64,000 bases of DNA from Acidobacteria bacterium RIFCSPLOWO2_02_FULL_65_29 (lineage in GTDB: Bacteria > Acidobacteriota > Vicinamibacteria > Vicinamibacterales > CAVVIG01). The translations under genes were made by a program, and so were the position numbers. A model generated the notes under the pieces. That model worked only from the letters and a program-made list of their open reading frames with translations. It was not told the DNA's origin and searched no databases. Shown here one piece after another: positions 1-8,007 of the stretch (position 1 is the first letter of the stretch; every line of letters starts with the position of its first letter). The DNA lies in the NCBI GenBank assembly GCA_001767435.1, contig MEKT01000036.1:11391-75390 (forward strand), written 5' to 3'.

Positions 1-82
1 TTGCCGCAACAGGCGCGGTCATGGCGGCCGATCCGCTGTGCGCCTACGAGCCCGGAACGACTGAAGAGTTGCTGCCACCCGC

Positions 83-1423
83 ATGACCGGCGATCGGACG
101 CCCTCCCGGGCCATTCCGCTGCTCTATCTGGGCACGGCGCACGTCTCGCTGGCGCTGGCGGCGGGCGTCGCCGCCGTGTGGCCCCGGGCGGTGGCCGGCT
201 TCTTCTATCACTCGTGGATGGTCGCGATCGTTCACCTCGTGACCCTCGGATGGATCACGTTTTCCATTCTCGGCGCCATCTATATCGTGGGTCCCCTCGC
301 ACTCCGGATGCCGTTCCCCGCTGGCCGCCGCGACTATTGGGCGTACGGATTCGCCCTGGTCGGTCTGGTGGGCATGGTCGGCCATTTCTGGATTCAGGAG
401 TACGCGGGCATGGCCTGGTCCGCCGCGACAGCCGCCGTCGGGATTTTGTACGTCGCGTTCCGCCTCGTGCGCGCCTTGCCGCAGGCCGGCATCCCCACGG
501 CCGTCAAGCTTCACCTGGCCTTTGCGTCCGCGAACATCACGCTCGCCGCGTCGATGGGCATCCTGCTGGGATTCGACAAGGCGTACCACTTTCTCCCAGG
601 GTTCGTGCTGTCAAACGTGTTCGCGCATGCGCACCTGGCCGCGATCGGCTGGGCGACGATGATGGTCGTGGGCATCGGCTATCGGCTGTTGCCGATGATT
701 CTGCCGTCGAAGATGCCCGATGACGCGTCCATGTCCATCGGAGCGGTTGTGTTGGAAGCCGGGGTGCTGGGGTTGTGCGTCTCGCTGCTCTTCGGCAGTG
801 GCTGGTCGCTGGCGGCCGGCGCGCTGGTCGTCGCGGGCCTGGCCGTGTTCGCCGCACACGTCGTTTGGATGCTGCGCTCCCCCGCGCCGAAACCTGTGGG
901 CGCGCCGCGGGTCGATTTCGCCGTCCTGCATGCAGCGGGCGCGGGCGTCTCGCTCCTGGCGGCAGCCACGATTGGCGTGGCGCTGCTCGTCCTACCGGCC
1001 TCGCCCAGCACGCTGCGCGCGGCGGCGGCGTACGGCGTGCTCGGGCTCGTGGGCTTTCTCTCGCAAATGGTCGTCGCCATGGAAGCGCGGCTGCTGCCGA
1101 TGGCGACGTGGTACTGGAGGTACGCGGAAAGTGATTTCCGTGTGCCCCCGCCCGCGCCGTTCACGATGCGCGATCGCGCGCTTCAGGCCATCGTGTTCGC
1201 CGGCTGGACGTCGGCCGTTCCGCTACTGGCAGCCGGACTCTTTTTCGAGTCACCGGGCCTGGTCGCCGCCGGCGCGTGGTCGCTTGTCGCCGCGGTCCTG
1301 GTGATGACACTTGATACGCTCGGCGTGGTGTTGATCGTCAAGACCGCCCGGGCGCCCACGCCGGGTGGGTGCGAGGTCCTCATCGACGTCGCGCCAACGC
1401 TGGAAACGAAGACAGCACTGTGA
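83..1423 (+). CDS. polytopic integral membrane protein of unknown function; His-containing TM motifs are faintly reminiscent of heme-copper oxidase subunit I
   Basis: 446-aa ORF with ATG at 83. About 12 hydrophobic segments. Motifs VHLVTLGW and HAHLAAIGWATMMVVGIGYRLLP. The overlapping alternative-frame ORFs are Arg/Pro-rich GC shadows. Confidence 0.5.
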   Translation: MTGDRTPSRAIPLLYLGTAHVSLALAAGVAAVWPRAVAGFFYHSWMVAIVHLVTLGWITFSILGAIYIVGPLALRMPFPAGRRDYWAYGFALVGLVGMVGHFWIQEYAGMAWSAATAAVGILYVAFRLVRALPQAGIPTAVKLHLAFASANITLAASMGILLGFDKAYHFLPGFVLSNVFAHAHLAAIGWATMMVVGIGYRLLPMILPSKMPDDASMSIGAVVLEAGVLGLCVSLLFGSGWSLAAGALVVAGLAVFAAHVVWMLRSPAPKPVGAPRVDFAVLHAAGAGVSLLAAATIGVALLVLPASPSTLRAAAAYGVLGLVGFLSQMVVAMEARLLPMATWYWRYAESDFRVPPPAPFTMRDRALQAIVFAGWTSAVPLLAAGLFFESPGLVAAGAWSLVAAVLVMTLDTLGVVLIVKTARAPTPGGCEVLIDVAPTLETKTAL

Positions 1424-1584
1424 GAACGCGATCGGGCGTCGATTCAGCGGTCGCGCTTGGATTTCGACGCTTGGACAATCAGGACGCGTGCTTGGCCGAA
1501 CCTGCTTTTCTCGGAGGGTGCGTGACGACGTCGCGACCACTCTGAGATTGGCGGGCCCGCGCGGCTTCTACGATCTTCTCGAGG

Positions 1585-2061
1585 TTATGCGCCGTCGCCG
1601 GGTGCACGACCGGCCTCTCTCGGCCTCACGACCGTCCAATCGACGAGGCGAAGATTGACGCCGGACGCTTTGGTGAGTTGTTGGAAGTCCCGCTTGTTCC
1701 TCGTCGCGAGCGGGATCTGGCGCGACACAGCGACTGCAGCAATCAGAATGTCGCCAAGCTGGCGGCGGCGGCACGTCGCAGCGGACCAAATGTCGGCAGC
1801 AACGGCAGCGGCGTCCTTGTCGAAGGGAAGCACCACGCAGTTGGCAACGAGTACCTCGAAGGCCTGGAGCTGCCGCTCAACAGGCTTCCCGGCGCAAATG
1901 GCTGCCCGATATCCGCGCAGGCGTTCGAACACGGTGACTGCGGTTATCGTCAGGCGCCCGAATTCGGCCAGGTATGAGGCTGCACGCGCCTTGACGAGGG
2001 TGTTGCCCCGGCTCAGTTCGGACAGTGTATCGGTATCGAGTACGACGGGCTCGGGAGCCAT
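1585..2061 (-). CDS. vapC: type II toxin, PIN-domain ribonuclease VapC
   Basis: 158 aa. N-terminal VLDTDTLSE, central FDKDAA and C-terminal IAAVAVSRQIPLATRNKRDF are typical of PIN/VapC. The start lies 4 nt downstream of the antitoxin ORF stop. Confidence 0.8.
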   Translation of the reverse strand: MAPEPVVLDTDTLSELSRGNTLVKARAASYLAEFGRLTITAVTVFERLRGYRAAICAGKPVERQLQAFEVLVANCVVLPFDKDAAAVAADIWSAATCRRRQLGDILIAAVAVSRQIPLATRNKRDFQQLTKASGVNLRLVDWTVVRPREAGRAPGDGA

Positions 2062-2065
2062 CGGT

Positions 2066-2338
2066 TCAGCGCTCCGTCTCCCTGAGCTTTCGGGTCAGTA
2101 ATCGAAGATCCGAGACTGGGACATCAGCAAGACTGGCCGATGCAAGCGCGAGGATGTCCGGCGGGCTCGCAGCGATGTCAACGTCCTCGCCGTAGTGCCG
2201 ACGCAGCAAAGCAATCACTTGTCCCTCAAAGCTCCGCCCACATCGATCTGCGTCTGCGGCAAGCCTGTCTCGCAGAGCGGCGGGAAACCGGACCGTACGG
2301 GCAATCGTCGTATCGTGGGCGACAGCAGCGCGGTTCAT
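2066..2338 (-). CDS. vapB: ribbon-helix-helix (Arc/CopG-like) antitoxin, VapB-type
   Basis: Lies directly upstream of vapC. RTVRFPAALRDRLAADADRCGRSFEGQVIALLRRHYG fits an RHH fold. I prefer ATG 2338 (MNRAAV...) over the track start at 2374. Confidence 0.65.
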   Translation of the reverse strand: MNRAAVAHDTTIARTVRFPAALRDRLAADADRCGRSFEGQVIALLRRHYGEDVDIAASPPDILALASASLADVPVSDLRLLTRKLRETER

Positions 2339-2542
2339 AACCGGAAACGTACCAAAATGGTGTTCACAAGGCAAGCCGGATCAACCAAGAGCGCTCCGAC
2401 GACTCCTTGGGCGGGGAGTCAACGCCTTTGGACCTGTCCTCTCTGTGGTTTTCAAGTGCGCATGACGAGCAGTCGGCTCAACTCCGTAGCCAGATACTTG
2501 CCGATTGCCGTCAGTGTCGGCGCGGGGTGGAGGGGTCCCCGC

Positions 2543-2624
2543 CCCTCGACAAGCTCGGGGAGCCCTGAGCGGGGAGTCGAAGGGCGCAAGCGACCGAGCC
2601 GGGGTGTGGGGCGGAGCCCCACGT
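2543..2624. repeat. GC-rich nested-hairpin REP-like element, long variant, copy 1
   Basis: Sequence ccctcgacaagctcggggagccctgagcggggagtcgaagggcgcaagcgaccgagccggggtgtggggcggagccccacgt. The last 49 bp (2576-2624) are identical to 14725-14773. It ends 3 nt before the stop of the minus-strand cytochrome c gene. Confidence 0.85.
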
Positions 2625-2627
2625 GAG

Positions 2628-3059
2628 TTACGACGGCTTGTTCGCCTTGTACTTGATCGTCCGCAGCGCCTCGGCCTGAGACGGCAGGTCGGTGGCCCCC
2701 GCTGGCAGGCGGTTGCGCCTCAAAATGAGCGCGAGGAGATCGGCCACCTGCTCGCGAGTGAGACTCTGCGGGTTGTCCTGCGGCATCGAGATGCGCACCC
2801 GATCCGCCAGATCGCCGAGCGTCAAGTCGTCCCAGTTGCCGCCAAACTCGCTGCCAATAAGACCTGGGGCGTCGCCGCCGGTCAAGTCGGCACCGTGGCA
2901 CTTGGCGCACGTGTCGCCCCACAGCGCCTCGCCGCGCGTCGCCTGCGCTTCCGTGTAGACGCCGTCCCACACCGTCTTGTCCTGCGCCCTCACTACCGAA
3001 ATCGACCATCCGATCGTCAGCACTCCGGCGATGGCCAGAAACGCCGTCCTCGCGCCCAT
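2628..3059 (-). CDS. mono-heme c-type cytochrome, secreted
   Basis: Single CxxCH motif (CAKCHG). Starting at ATG 3059 gives a signal-like N-terminus, MGARTAFLAIAGVLTIGWSISVVRA. The track start at 3188 would read through a REP element. Confidence 0.75.
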   Translation of the reverse strand: MGARTAFLAIAGVLTIGWSISVVRAQDKTVWDGVYTEAQATRGEALWGDTCAKCHGADLTGGDAPGLIGSEFGGNWDDLTLGDLADRVRISMPQDNPQSLTREQVADLLALILRRNRLPAGATDLPSQAEALRTIKYKANKPS

Positions 3060-3128
3060 CCGATGCCCCCTTTGAATCGCCTCAAGCTTATATGACAACG
3101 GCCAGTCGAATGGACGCAACAGGATCTG

Positions 3129-3220
3129 TCTGCCCTTCGACCCTTCGAGGACCGCAGGGTCGTCCTGAGCACAGTCGAGGGACGACAAGCTCAGGGCATC
3201 CCGAGCCTGTCGAGGGATGC
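3129..3220. repeat. GC-rich nested-hairpin REP-like element, inverted orientation, double unit, copy 2
   Basis: The reverse complement reads gcatccctcgacaggctcgggatgccctgagc...gtcgaagggcaga, with a second degenerate unit nested inside. Same architecture as the copies at 27994 and 29756. Confidence 0.8.
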
Positions 3221-3236
3221 GGTGATCGTTGTGGGG

Positions 3237-3917
3237 TTACGCCGCGTTCGACGCGTGATCGGGATCGGCGATATTCCGAACGCAGAAAGCCTCGAGCGTC
3301 ATCGAGTCGGGGTCGACGAACTCGACGCCGGCGCGATAGCAGACGGCGCCGTTATACGGGACCGCCACCGACCACGCGACGACGCCCTTCAAGCGCACCT
3401 CGCCCTGGCCATCGACGAGCGCCAGTCGAATCGTTTCTTCAGGGCGAAGCCGGACCGTGGCCATCAACTGGGCACCGCTGCACGACAGGTTGACGACGTG
3501 CCCGCCCTGGCCGTTCACCGTCACGCGGACGTCGCGGTTCGTGAGAAATCGCGGGGCGCGCCTGGTACCGCAGTAGTCGAGCGGGTACGACGACCGCATG
3601 AGCGCTCCCTCGAGGCCAGGCGCGCGCGAGCTCAGGAGCACCGGCAGATGCGCTTCGTCCTCGGCCAGGACCCGGACGTCGGTCGCGCGCAGATGCGGCT
3701 CGGCCTTCACGCGCGCCACCAAAGCGGCCGCGCGAGCCGTCGCGACGAAGCCGCGATCGAGCGCAAGAATTTTCGGCGGCCCCGACAGAATCGCCTCGAG
3801 CGCCTTCAGCGAATCACAGTCGGAGAACAGCGCCACGCTCGGGTCGTTCCCCAGGCGTTTGCGAAGTCCGACCGCTTGGTCGGACCTGGCGATGACGATA
3901 ACCGAGGGACCCGTCAT
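3237..3917 (-). CDS. PilZ domain protein (putative c-di-GMP receptor) with an N-terminal receiver-like region
   Basis: The C-terminal half carries RRAPRF (RxxxR) followed by NLSCSGAQL (D/NxSxxG), the PilZ signature. The 226-aa ORF is unambiguous. Confidence 0.7.
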   Translation of the reverse strand: MTGPSVIVIARSDQAVGLRKRLGNDPSVALFSDCDSLKALEAILSGPPKILALDRGFVATARAAALVARVKAEPHLRATDVRVLAEDEAHLPVLLSSRAPGLEGALMRSSYPLDYCGTRRAPRFLTNRDVRVTVNGQGGHVVNLSCSGAQLMATVRLRPEETIRLALVDGQGEVRLKGVVAWSVAVPYNGAVCYRAGVEFVDPDSMTLEAFCVRNIADPDHASNAA

Positions 3918-4097
3918 GCCGTGTGAGGGGGCAAGCGGCAGGCCAGAGTGCCACCGGCAATTCGGTCTGATAACCCTTTTATGTACAATGGGTTGCTGGG
4001 CGACCTCCAGCCGCTCCCGTTTTTCGCGCGCGTCAGTTCTGTAATCGAACGGAAAATTTTCGCGCCTTCCCTAGACACTGTACTTGCGGCCTGCTGC

Positions 4098-4988
4098 TCA
4101 CTGCACGATCCGTCCTTCCGTGACAAACCGTCGGTAGTCGGAGAATCGCTGGGACTTCCGCACGCGCGGCGCGCCGGAATTTCGGATCACGGTAATCGTG
4201 TCGATCGAGGTCGGCAGCATCAAGGCTTCTTCAGGATTCTGAAACGTCACGCGTCGATAGCGAATCGACATGTCGGCGCGTTCGATGGTCATCGAGCTCG
4301 ACGGGCGGCGACGCGAGCGGTCGGGTGGCACGTCGAAGTCGACCATGCCGGTCAACCGCTCGTCCAGACGCAGGACGTCGCCCGTTTCCTGATCGATCCA
4401 GATGCGCCCGCGACTGTGGCCGGGCAGATCCACGCTGATGCAGTCGTTTCGCCGGGTCACGGTGGGTGTGCCTTTTTCGATCGACCGATAGTCCACCATC
4501 GCTGCTGCGCGACCATCGACTTTGGCGAAGCCCGCCCACGTAAACGCGTACTCCGACTGCTTGCGCGGCAGAAGCATCGCGAGCGGCTCGGGCGACACGG
4601 GCTTGGGATCCATGCAGCCGGGCTCGTCTGTCGGCCTCGGCGAACGCCCGTTCACTTTGACGATGTCGCGCAGCACGCTCGCCTCCAGGGCGTCGTCGCC
4701 GTCGGCGGCGGCTTGCCAAGCGACCCGAAGGTCGTAGACCAGCTGGCGCGCGTGGGAGCCGTCGGTGATCAGGTCCGGCCTGAGCGTCTGCAGACGGACC
4801 GTCTCGCGGCAGATGAGGCTCTGCGCGCGCGTGAAGTAGGCTTCGACCCGCTCCCCGACGCGTGCCAGGATCCCGGGGACATCCGCGGGGACATCCCTCG
4901 AGGTCTGACGCGGCTGAGCGGCCATCGACGCGGCGGTCACACCCAGCGCGGCGAGAGACGCGCCCCAAGCCCTCAACTGCACAGACAC
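4098..4988 (-). CDS. secreted hypothetical protein
   Basis: 296 aa with a signal-peptide-like N-terminus, MSVQLRAWGASLAALGVTAASMAAQ. I recognise no family. Confidence 0.55.
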   Translation of the reverse strand: MSVQLRAWGASLAALGVTAASMAAQPRQTSRDVPADVPGILARVGERVEAYFTRAQSLICRETVRLQTLRPDLITDGSHARQLVYDLRVAWQAAADGDDALEASVLRDIVKVNGRSPRPTDEPGCMDPKPVSPEPLAMLLPRKQSEYAFTWAGFAKVDGRAAAMVDYRSIEKGTPTVTRRNDCISVDLPGHSRGRIWIDQETGDVLRLDERLTGMVDFDVPPDRSRRRPSSSMTIERADMSIRYRRVTFQNPEEALMLPTSIDTITVIRNSGAPRVRKSQRFSDYRRFVTEGRIVQ

Positions 4989-5075
4989 AGCCTAACACCG
5001 TCTCCGTCTGGGGGACTCATGGTCGGCGTCACGCCCCGGAGCGGTCTCGGCGTTGATCGTGTACCCTCTAGACAT

Positions 5076-5125
5076 CTTCTAAAGCCGATGTCCATGCGAA
5101 TGAGGCAAGTTTTCGGCTTTAGAAG
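5076..5125. other. perfect 13-bp inverted repeat (CTTCTAAAGCCGA / TCGGCTTTAGAAG) with a 24-nt loop
   Basis: Arms at 5076-5088 and 5113-5125, in an AT-richer stretch of the divergent intergenic region between 4988 and 5273. Confidence 0.8.
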
Positions 5126-5135
5126 CTGTCTTAGT

Positions 5136-5154
5136 GCGGCCGCAAAGCGGCCGC
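5136..5154. other. GCGGCCGC-AAA-GCGGCCGC hairpin
   Basis: Two copies of the palindromic octamer separated by AAA. Immediately 3' of the 13-bp inverted repeat. Confidence 0.75.
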
Positions 5155-5272
5155 CTAGTAGCGAAGATTCGCCGTTCGACCGTTACTCGGCGGTTTGAGG
5201 CGAAGCTTCGCTACCGGAACCGGAGGACGCCTCTTGGCCAATAGTCAGCTGTTTCTGAGAAAGCCACTGCCC

Positions 5273-6736
5273 ATGCTGCTCGCGGAGGCGCGTGGCGAAA
5301 ACCGCCTTCGGCGCATCCTCGGCCCGGTGCAGCTCACCTCGCTCGGAATTGGCGCGGTCATCGGCGCCGGCATCTTCGTCGCAACCGGGGCCGCGGCGCA
5401 CAACGTGGCCGGCCCCGCGCTGATGCTGTCGTATGTCTTCGCGGGGCTGACCTGTGTGTTTGCCGCGCTGTGCTACGCCGAATTCGCGTCGATGGTGCCG
5501 GTGGCCGGTTCCGCGTACACCTACGCGTTCGCCACGCTCGGCGAGATGTTCGCGTGGATCATCGGCTGGGATCTCGTCCTCGAATACGCGGTCGGCGCGG
5601 CAACCGTGGCCAACGGCTGGTCTGGGTACTTCCAGACGCTGTTGCCAGGCCTCGGCATCGATCTGCCGGGCACCATCGCCCGGGCGCCGATCATCTACGA
5701 TCCCAACGTCGGCGGATTCGTCGGGACCGACGGGATTGTCAACCTGCCGGCCGTGATCGTCGTCGCGATCGTGACCTACGTGCTGGTGATCGGCATTCAG
5801 GAAAGCGCCAGCTTCAACGCCGCCATGGTCGGGATCAAGGTGGCGGCCGTGCTGTTCGTGATCATGGTCGGCGCCTTCTACATCGATCCCTCCAACTGGC
5901 GGCCGTTCGCGCCCTACGGCTGGACGGGGATCAACATCTTCGGCAATCACGTCGCGGGACAGACCGACCCGGGCGGACAGCCGGTCGGGATGCTGGCGGG
6001 CGCGGCAATCATTTTCTTCGCCTACATCGGATTCGACTCGGTGTCGACGCACGCCGAAGAGGCCAAGAATCCGAGCCGCGACGTTCCGATCGGGATCATC
6101 GCGTCGCTCCTCGTCTGCACCTTCCTCTACATCGCGGTCGTGGCCGTACTGACCGGCATGGTTCCGTACACGAGCATCGACCCGAGCGCCGGCGTGTCGA
6201 GCGCGTTCAAGGAGGCGGGGCTCGGCTGGGCGGCCGTCATCATCGCGATCGCTGGCGTGGCCGGCATCACGTCGGTCCTGCTCGTGATGATGCTGTCGGC
6301 GCCGCGCGTCTTCCTGGCGATGGCGCGCGACGGCCTGCTGCCAATGGGGTTCTTCGGCGCTGTCCACCCGCGCTTCCGGACGCCCTGGAAGAGCACCATC
6401 CTGGTGGGCGTGTTCGTCGGCACGCTGGCCGGCTTCATGCCGCTCGACGCGTTGCTGCACATGACCAACATCGGCACGCTGCTGGCCTTCGTCATCGTCT
6501 GCGCGGCCGTGCTGATCATGAGAAAGATGCATCCGGAGGCCGAACGCCCGTTCCGCTGCCCGATGGTGCCTGTGGTCCCGATCCTCGGCATCCTGAGTTG
6601 TCTCCTGCTGATGTTCTCGCTGCCAGCCGCCAACTGGTGGCGGCTCGGCGTCTGGCTGATGCTCGGGTTGGTGATCTATTTCGTCTACAGCCGGCGGCAT
6701 AGCGTCGTCGCCAAGCACGCCGGACTCTTGAGATAG
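5273..6736 (+). CDS. APC-superfamily amino acid permease (cationic amino acid transporter-like)
   Basis: LTSLGIGAVIGAGIFVATG near the N-terminus, about 12-14 TM segments, and the typical APC layout. Start chosen at ATG 5273 (MLLAEARG...). Confidence 0.85.
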   Translation: MLLAEARGENRLRRILGPVQLTSLGIGAVIGAGIFVATGAAAHNVAGPALMLSYVFAGLTCVFAALCYAEFASMVPVAGSAYTYAFATLGEMFAWIIGWDLVLEYAVGAATVANGWSGYFQTLLPGLGIDLPGTIARAPIIYDPNVGGFVGTDGIVNLPAVIVVAIVTYVLVIGIQESASFNAAMVGIKVAAVLFVIMVGAFYIDPSNWRPFAPYGWTGINIFGNHVAGQTDPGGQPVGMLAGAAIIFFAYIGFDSVSTHAEEAKNPSRDVPIGIIASLLVCTFLYIAVVAVLTGMVPYTSIDPSAGVSSAFKEAGLGWAAVIIAIAGVAGITSVLLVMMLSAPRVFLAMARDGLLPMGFFGAVHPRFRTPWKSTILVGVFVGTLAGFMPLDALLHMTNIGTLLAFVIVCAAVLIMRKMHPEAERPFRCPMVPVVPILGILSCLLLMFSLPAANWWRLGVWLMLGLVIYFVYSRRHSVVAKHAGLLR

Positions 6737-6861
6737 CGGTCGACGTGCTTCGTTCGACGTGCGAAGTGCGCCGGCAGACGCCTCCTCGGCGGGCGCTGGA
6801 CCGAGTGGCCTCCGAAAGCCGTTGCAATTCCTCCGATCTCCGGCGATCATTGGGCAGCCGC

Positions 6862-7668
6862 ATGCAGCGCATCGCCATCGTCAACATGAAGGGCGGAGTC
6901 GGCAAGACGACAACCGCGATTCATGTGGCGGCCGGGCTGGCGCTCGGCGGCCTTCAGACGCTGCTCGTCGACGCCGACCCGCAAGGCAACATCGGGCACG
7001 CGTTCGGCATCCGCAGACCGCGCACGCTCCGCGACCTGATGCTCGGCGATGCGGCGCTCGACGAGGTGATCGTCCGCGGCGTGCGGGAGAAGCTCGACGT
7101 CATCCCGTCGACCCCGGCCGCCTTCGGCCTCGACGCGCAGTTGGCCGGTGCGCCACAGCGCGAGACGATTCTGGCCCGGCGCCTCCGCCCGCTTTCGAGC
7201 TACGACGCCGTCGTCATCGACAGTTCGCCGGCAATGAATCTTCTCACGTACAACGCACTGCTGTTCGCCAACGACCTCATCGTGCCAGTCGGGATGGACG
7301 GGATGGCGATTGTGGGCGCGCGGCAGACGCTCAACGGCGTCCGCGACATCCGCGATCTCTGGCCGGAACGCCGGCTGGATCTGCTGGCCGTGCTGCCGAT
7401 CGGCGTGAACGCGACCAACGCCACACGCGCGGCGTTCGACGCGCTGGACGACGATCCCGAGATGCGCGGCCGCCTGTACCGCCCCGGCATCCGCCAATGC
7501 ATTGATGTGACCTATGCCCTCACGCAGCGGCAAACGATCTGGGAATACGCCCCGCGCAGCCGGGCGGCGGAAGACTACGCCGCCTTCGTCCGATTCGTCG
7601 TCCACGGATCGGCGGGCGACCGAACGGTTGTCGCCGCCGACGACGAAAAAACGCAAGCCCTCGTTTGA
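6862..7668 (+). CDS. ParA/MinD-family P-loop ATPase (orphan; no ParB seen)
   Basis: MQRIAIVNMKGGVGKTTTAIHVAAGL is a deviant Walker A (KGGVGKT). Also DADPQGN and IDSSP motifs. Confidence 0.85.
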   Translation: MQRIAIVNMKGGVGKTTTAIHVAAGLALGGLQTLLVDADPQGNIGHAFGIRRPRTLRDLMLGDAALDEVIVRGVREKLDVIPSTPAAFGLDAQLAGAPQRETILARRLRPLSSYDAVVIDSSPAMNLLTYNALLFANDLIVPVGMDGMAIVGARQTLNGVRDIRDLWPERRLDLLAVLPIGVNATNATRAAFDALDDDPEMRGRLYRPGIRQCIDVTYALTQRQTIWEYAPRSRAAEDYAAFVRFVVHGSAGDRTVVAADDEKTQALV

Positions 7669-7708
7669 CATCGCGCTCGGCGAGCCGGGCGATTCGCGAT
7701 CGGGCTGG

Positions 7709-7948
7709 GTGTACCGGTCGGATCCGCCGATGGTGGCGCCGGGGCCCGAGGTGGAATTGATCCCGCCCGGCCGCTCGCTTCAGCGCATCCCGCCGCAGGA
7801 GGCGGCCAGGCGCCACGTCGAGGCCCCGACCCTGACGCTCACCGCGCTATCGATTGGTTTGGGCGCGGTGATGATGCCGATCTTTGCGACGATGTTCGTG
7901 ATGCTGGTTCCCGTCCGCTGGATGTTCGGCGAGCCGACCCGCCGCTAG
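7709..7948 (+). CDS. small hypothetical membrane protein downstream of ParA
   Basis: High third-position GC across the frame. The C-terminal hydrophobic segment is LTALSIGLGAVMMPIFATMFVMLVPV. Start is uncertain: GTG 7709 or ATG 7730. The track start at 7514 overlaps parA. Confidence 0.35.
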   Translation: MYRSDPPMVAPGPEVELIPPGRSLQRIPPQEAARRHVEAPTLTLTALSIGLGAVMMPIFATMFVMLVPVRWMFGEPTRR

Positions 7949-7962
7949 ATTCGTGTCGTGTC

Positions 7963-7987
7963 TCACTTTTCACTTTCAACTTTCAAG
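7963..7987. repeat. tandem-word element, ACTTT(T/C) family (W1), copy 1
   Basis: Sequence tcacttttcactttcaactttcaag, in the gap between 7948 and 8008. Confidence 0.7.
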
Positions 7988-8007
7988 CCCTGATCCCATA
8001 CTGGGTC

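Noticed and set aside
5183-6850. 555-aa minus-strand ORF antisense to the amino-acid permease
   Set aside because: The product is Arg/Asp/His/Gly-rich low complexity with no hydrophobic core or motifs. This is a typical shadow ORF of a high-GC gene, and the plus-strand permease explains the region.
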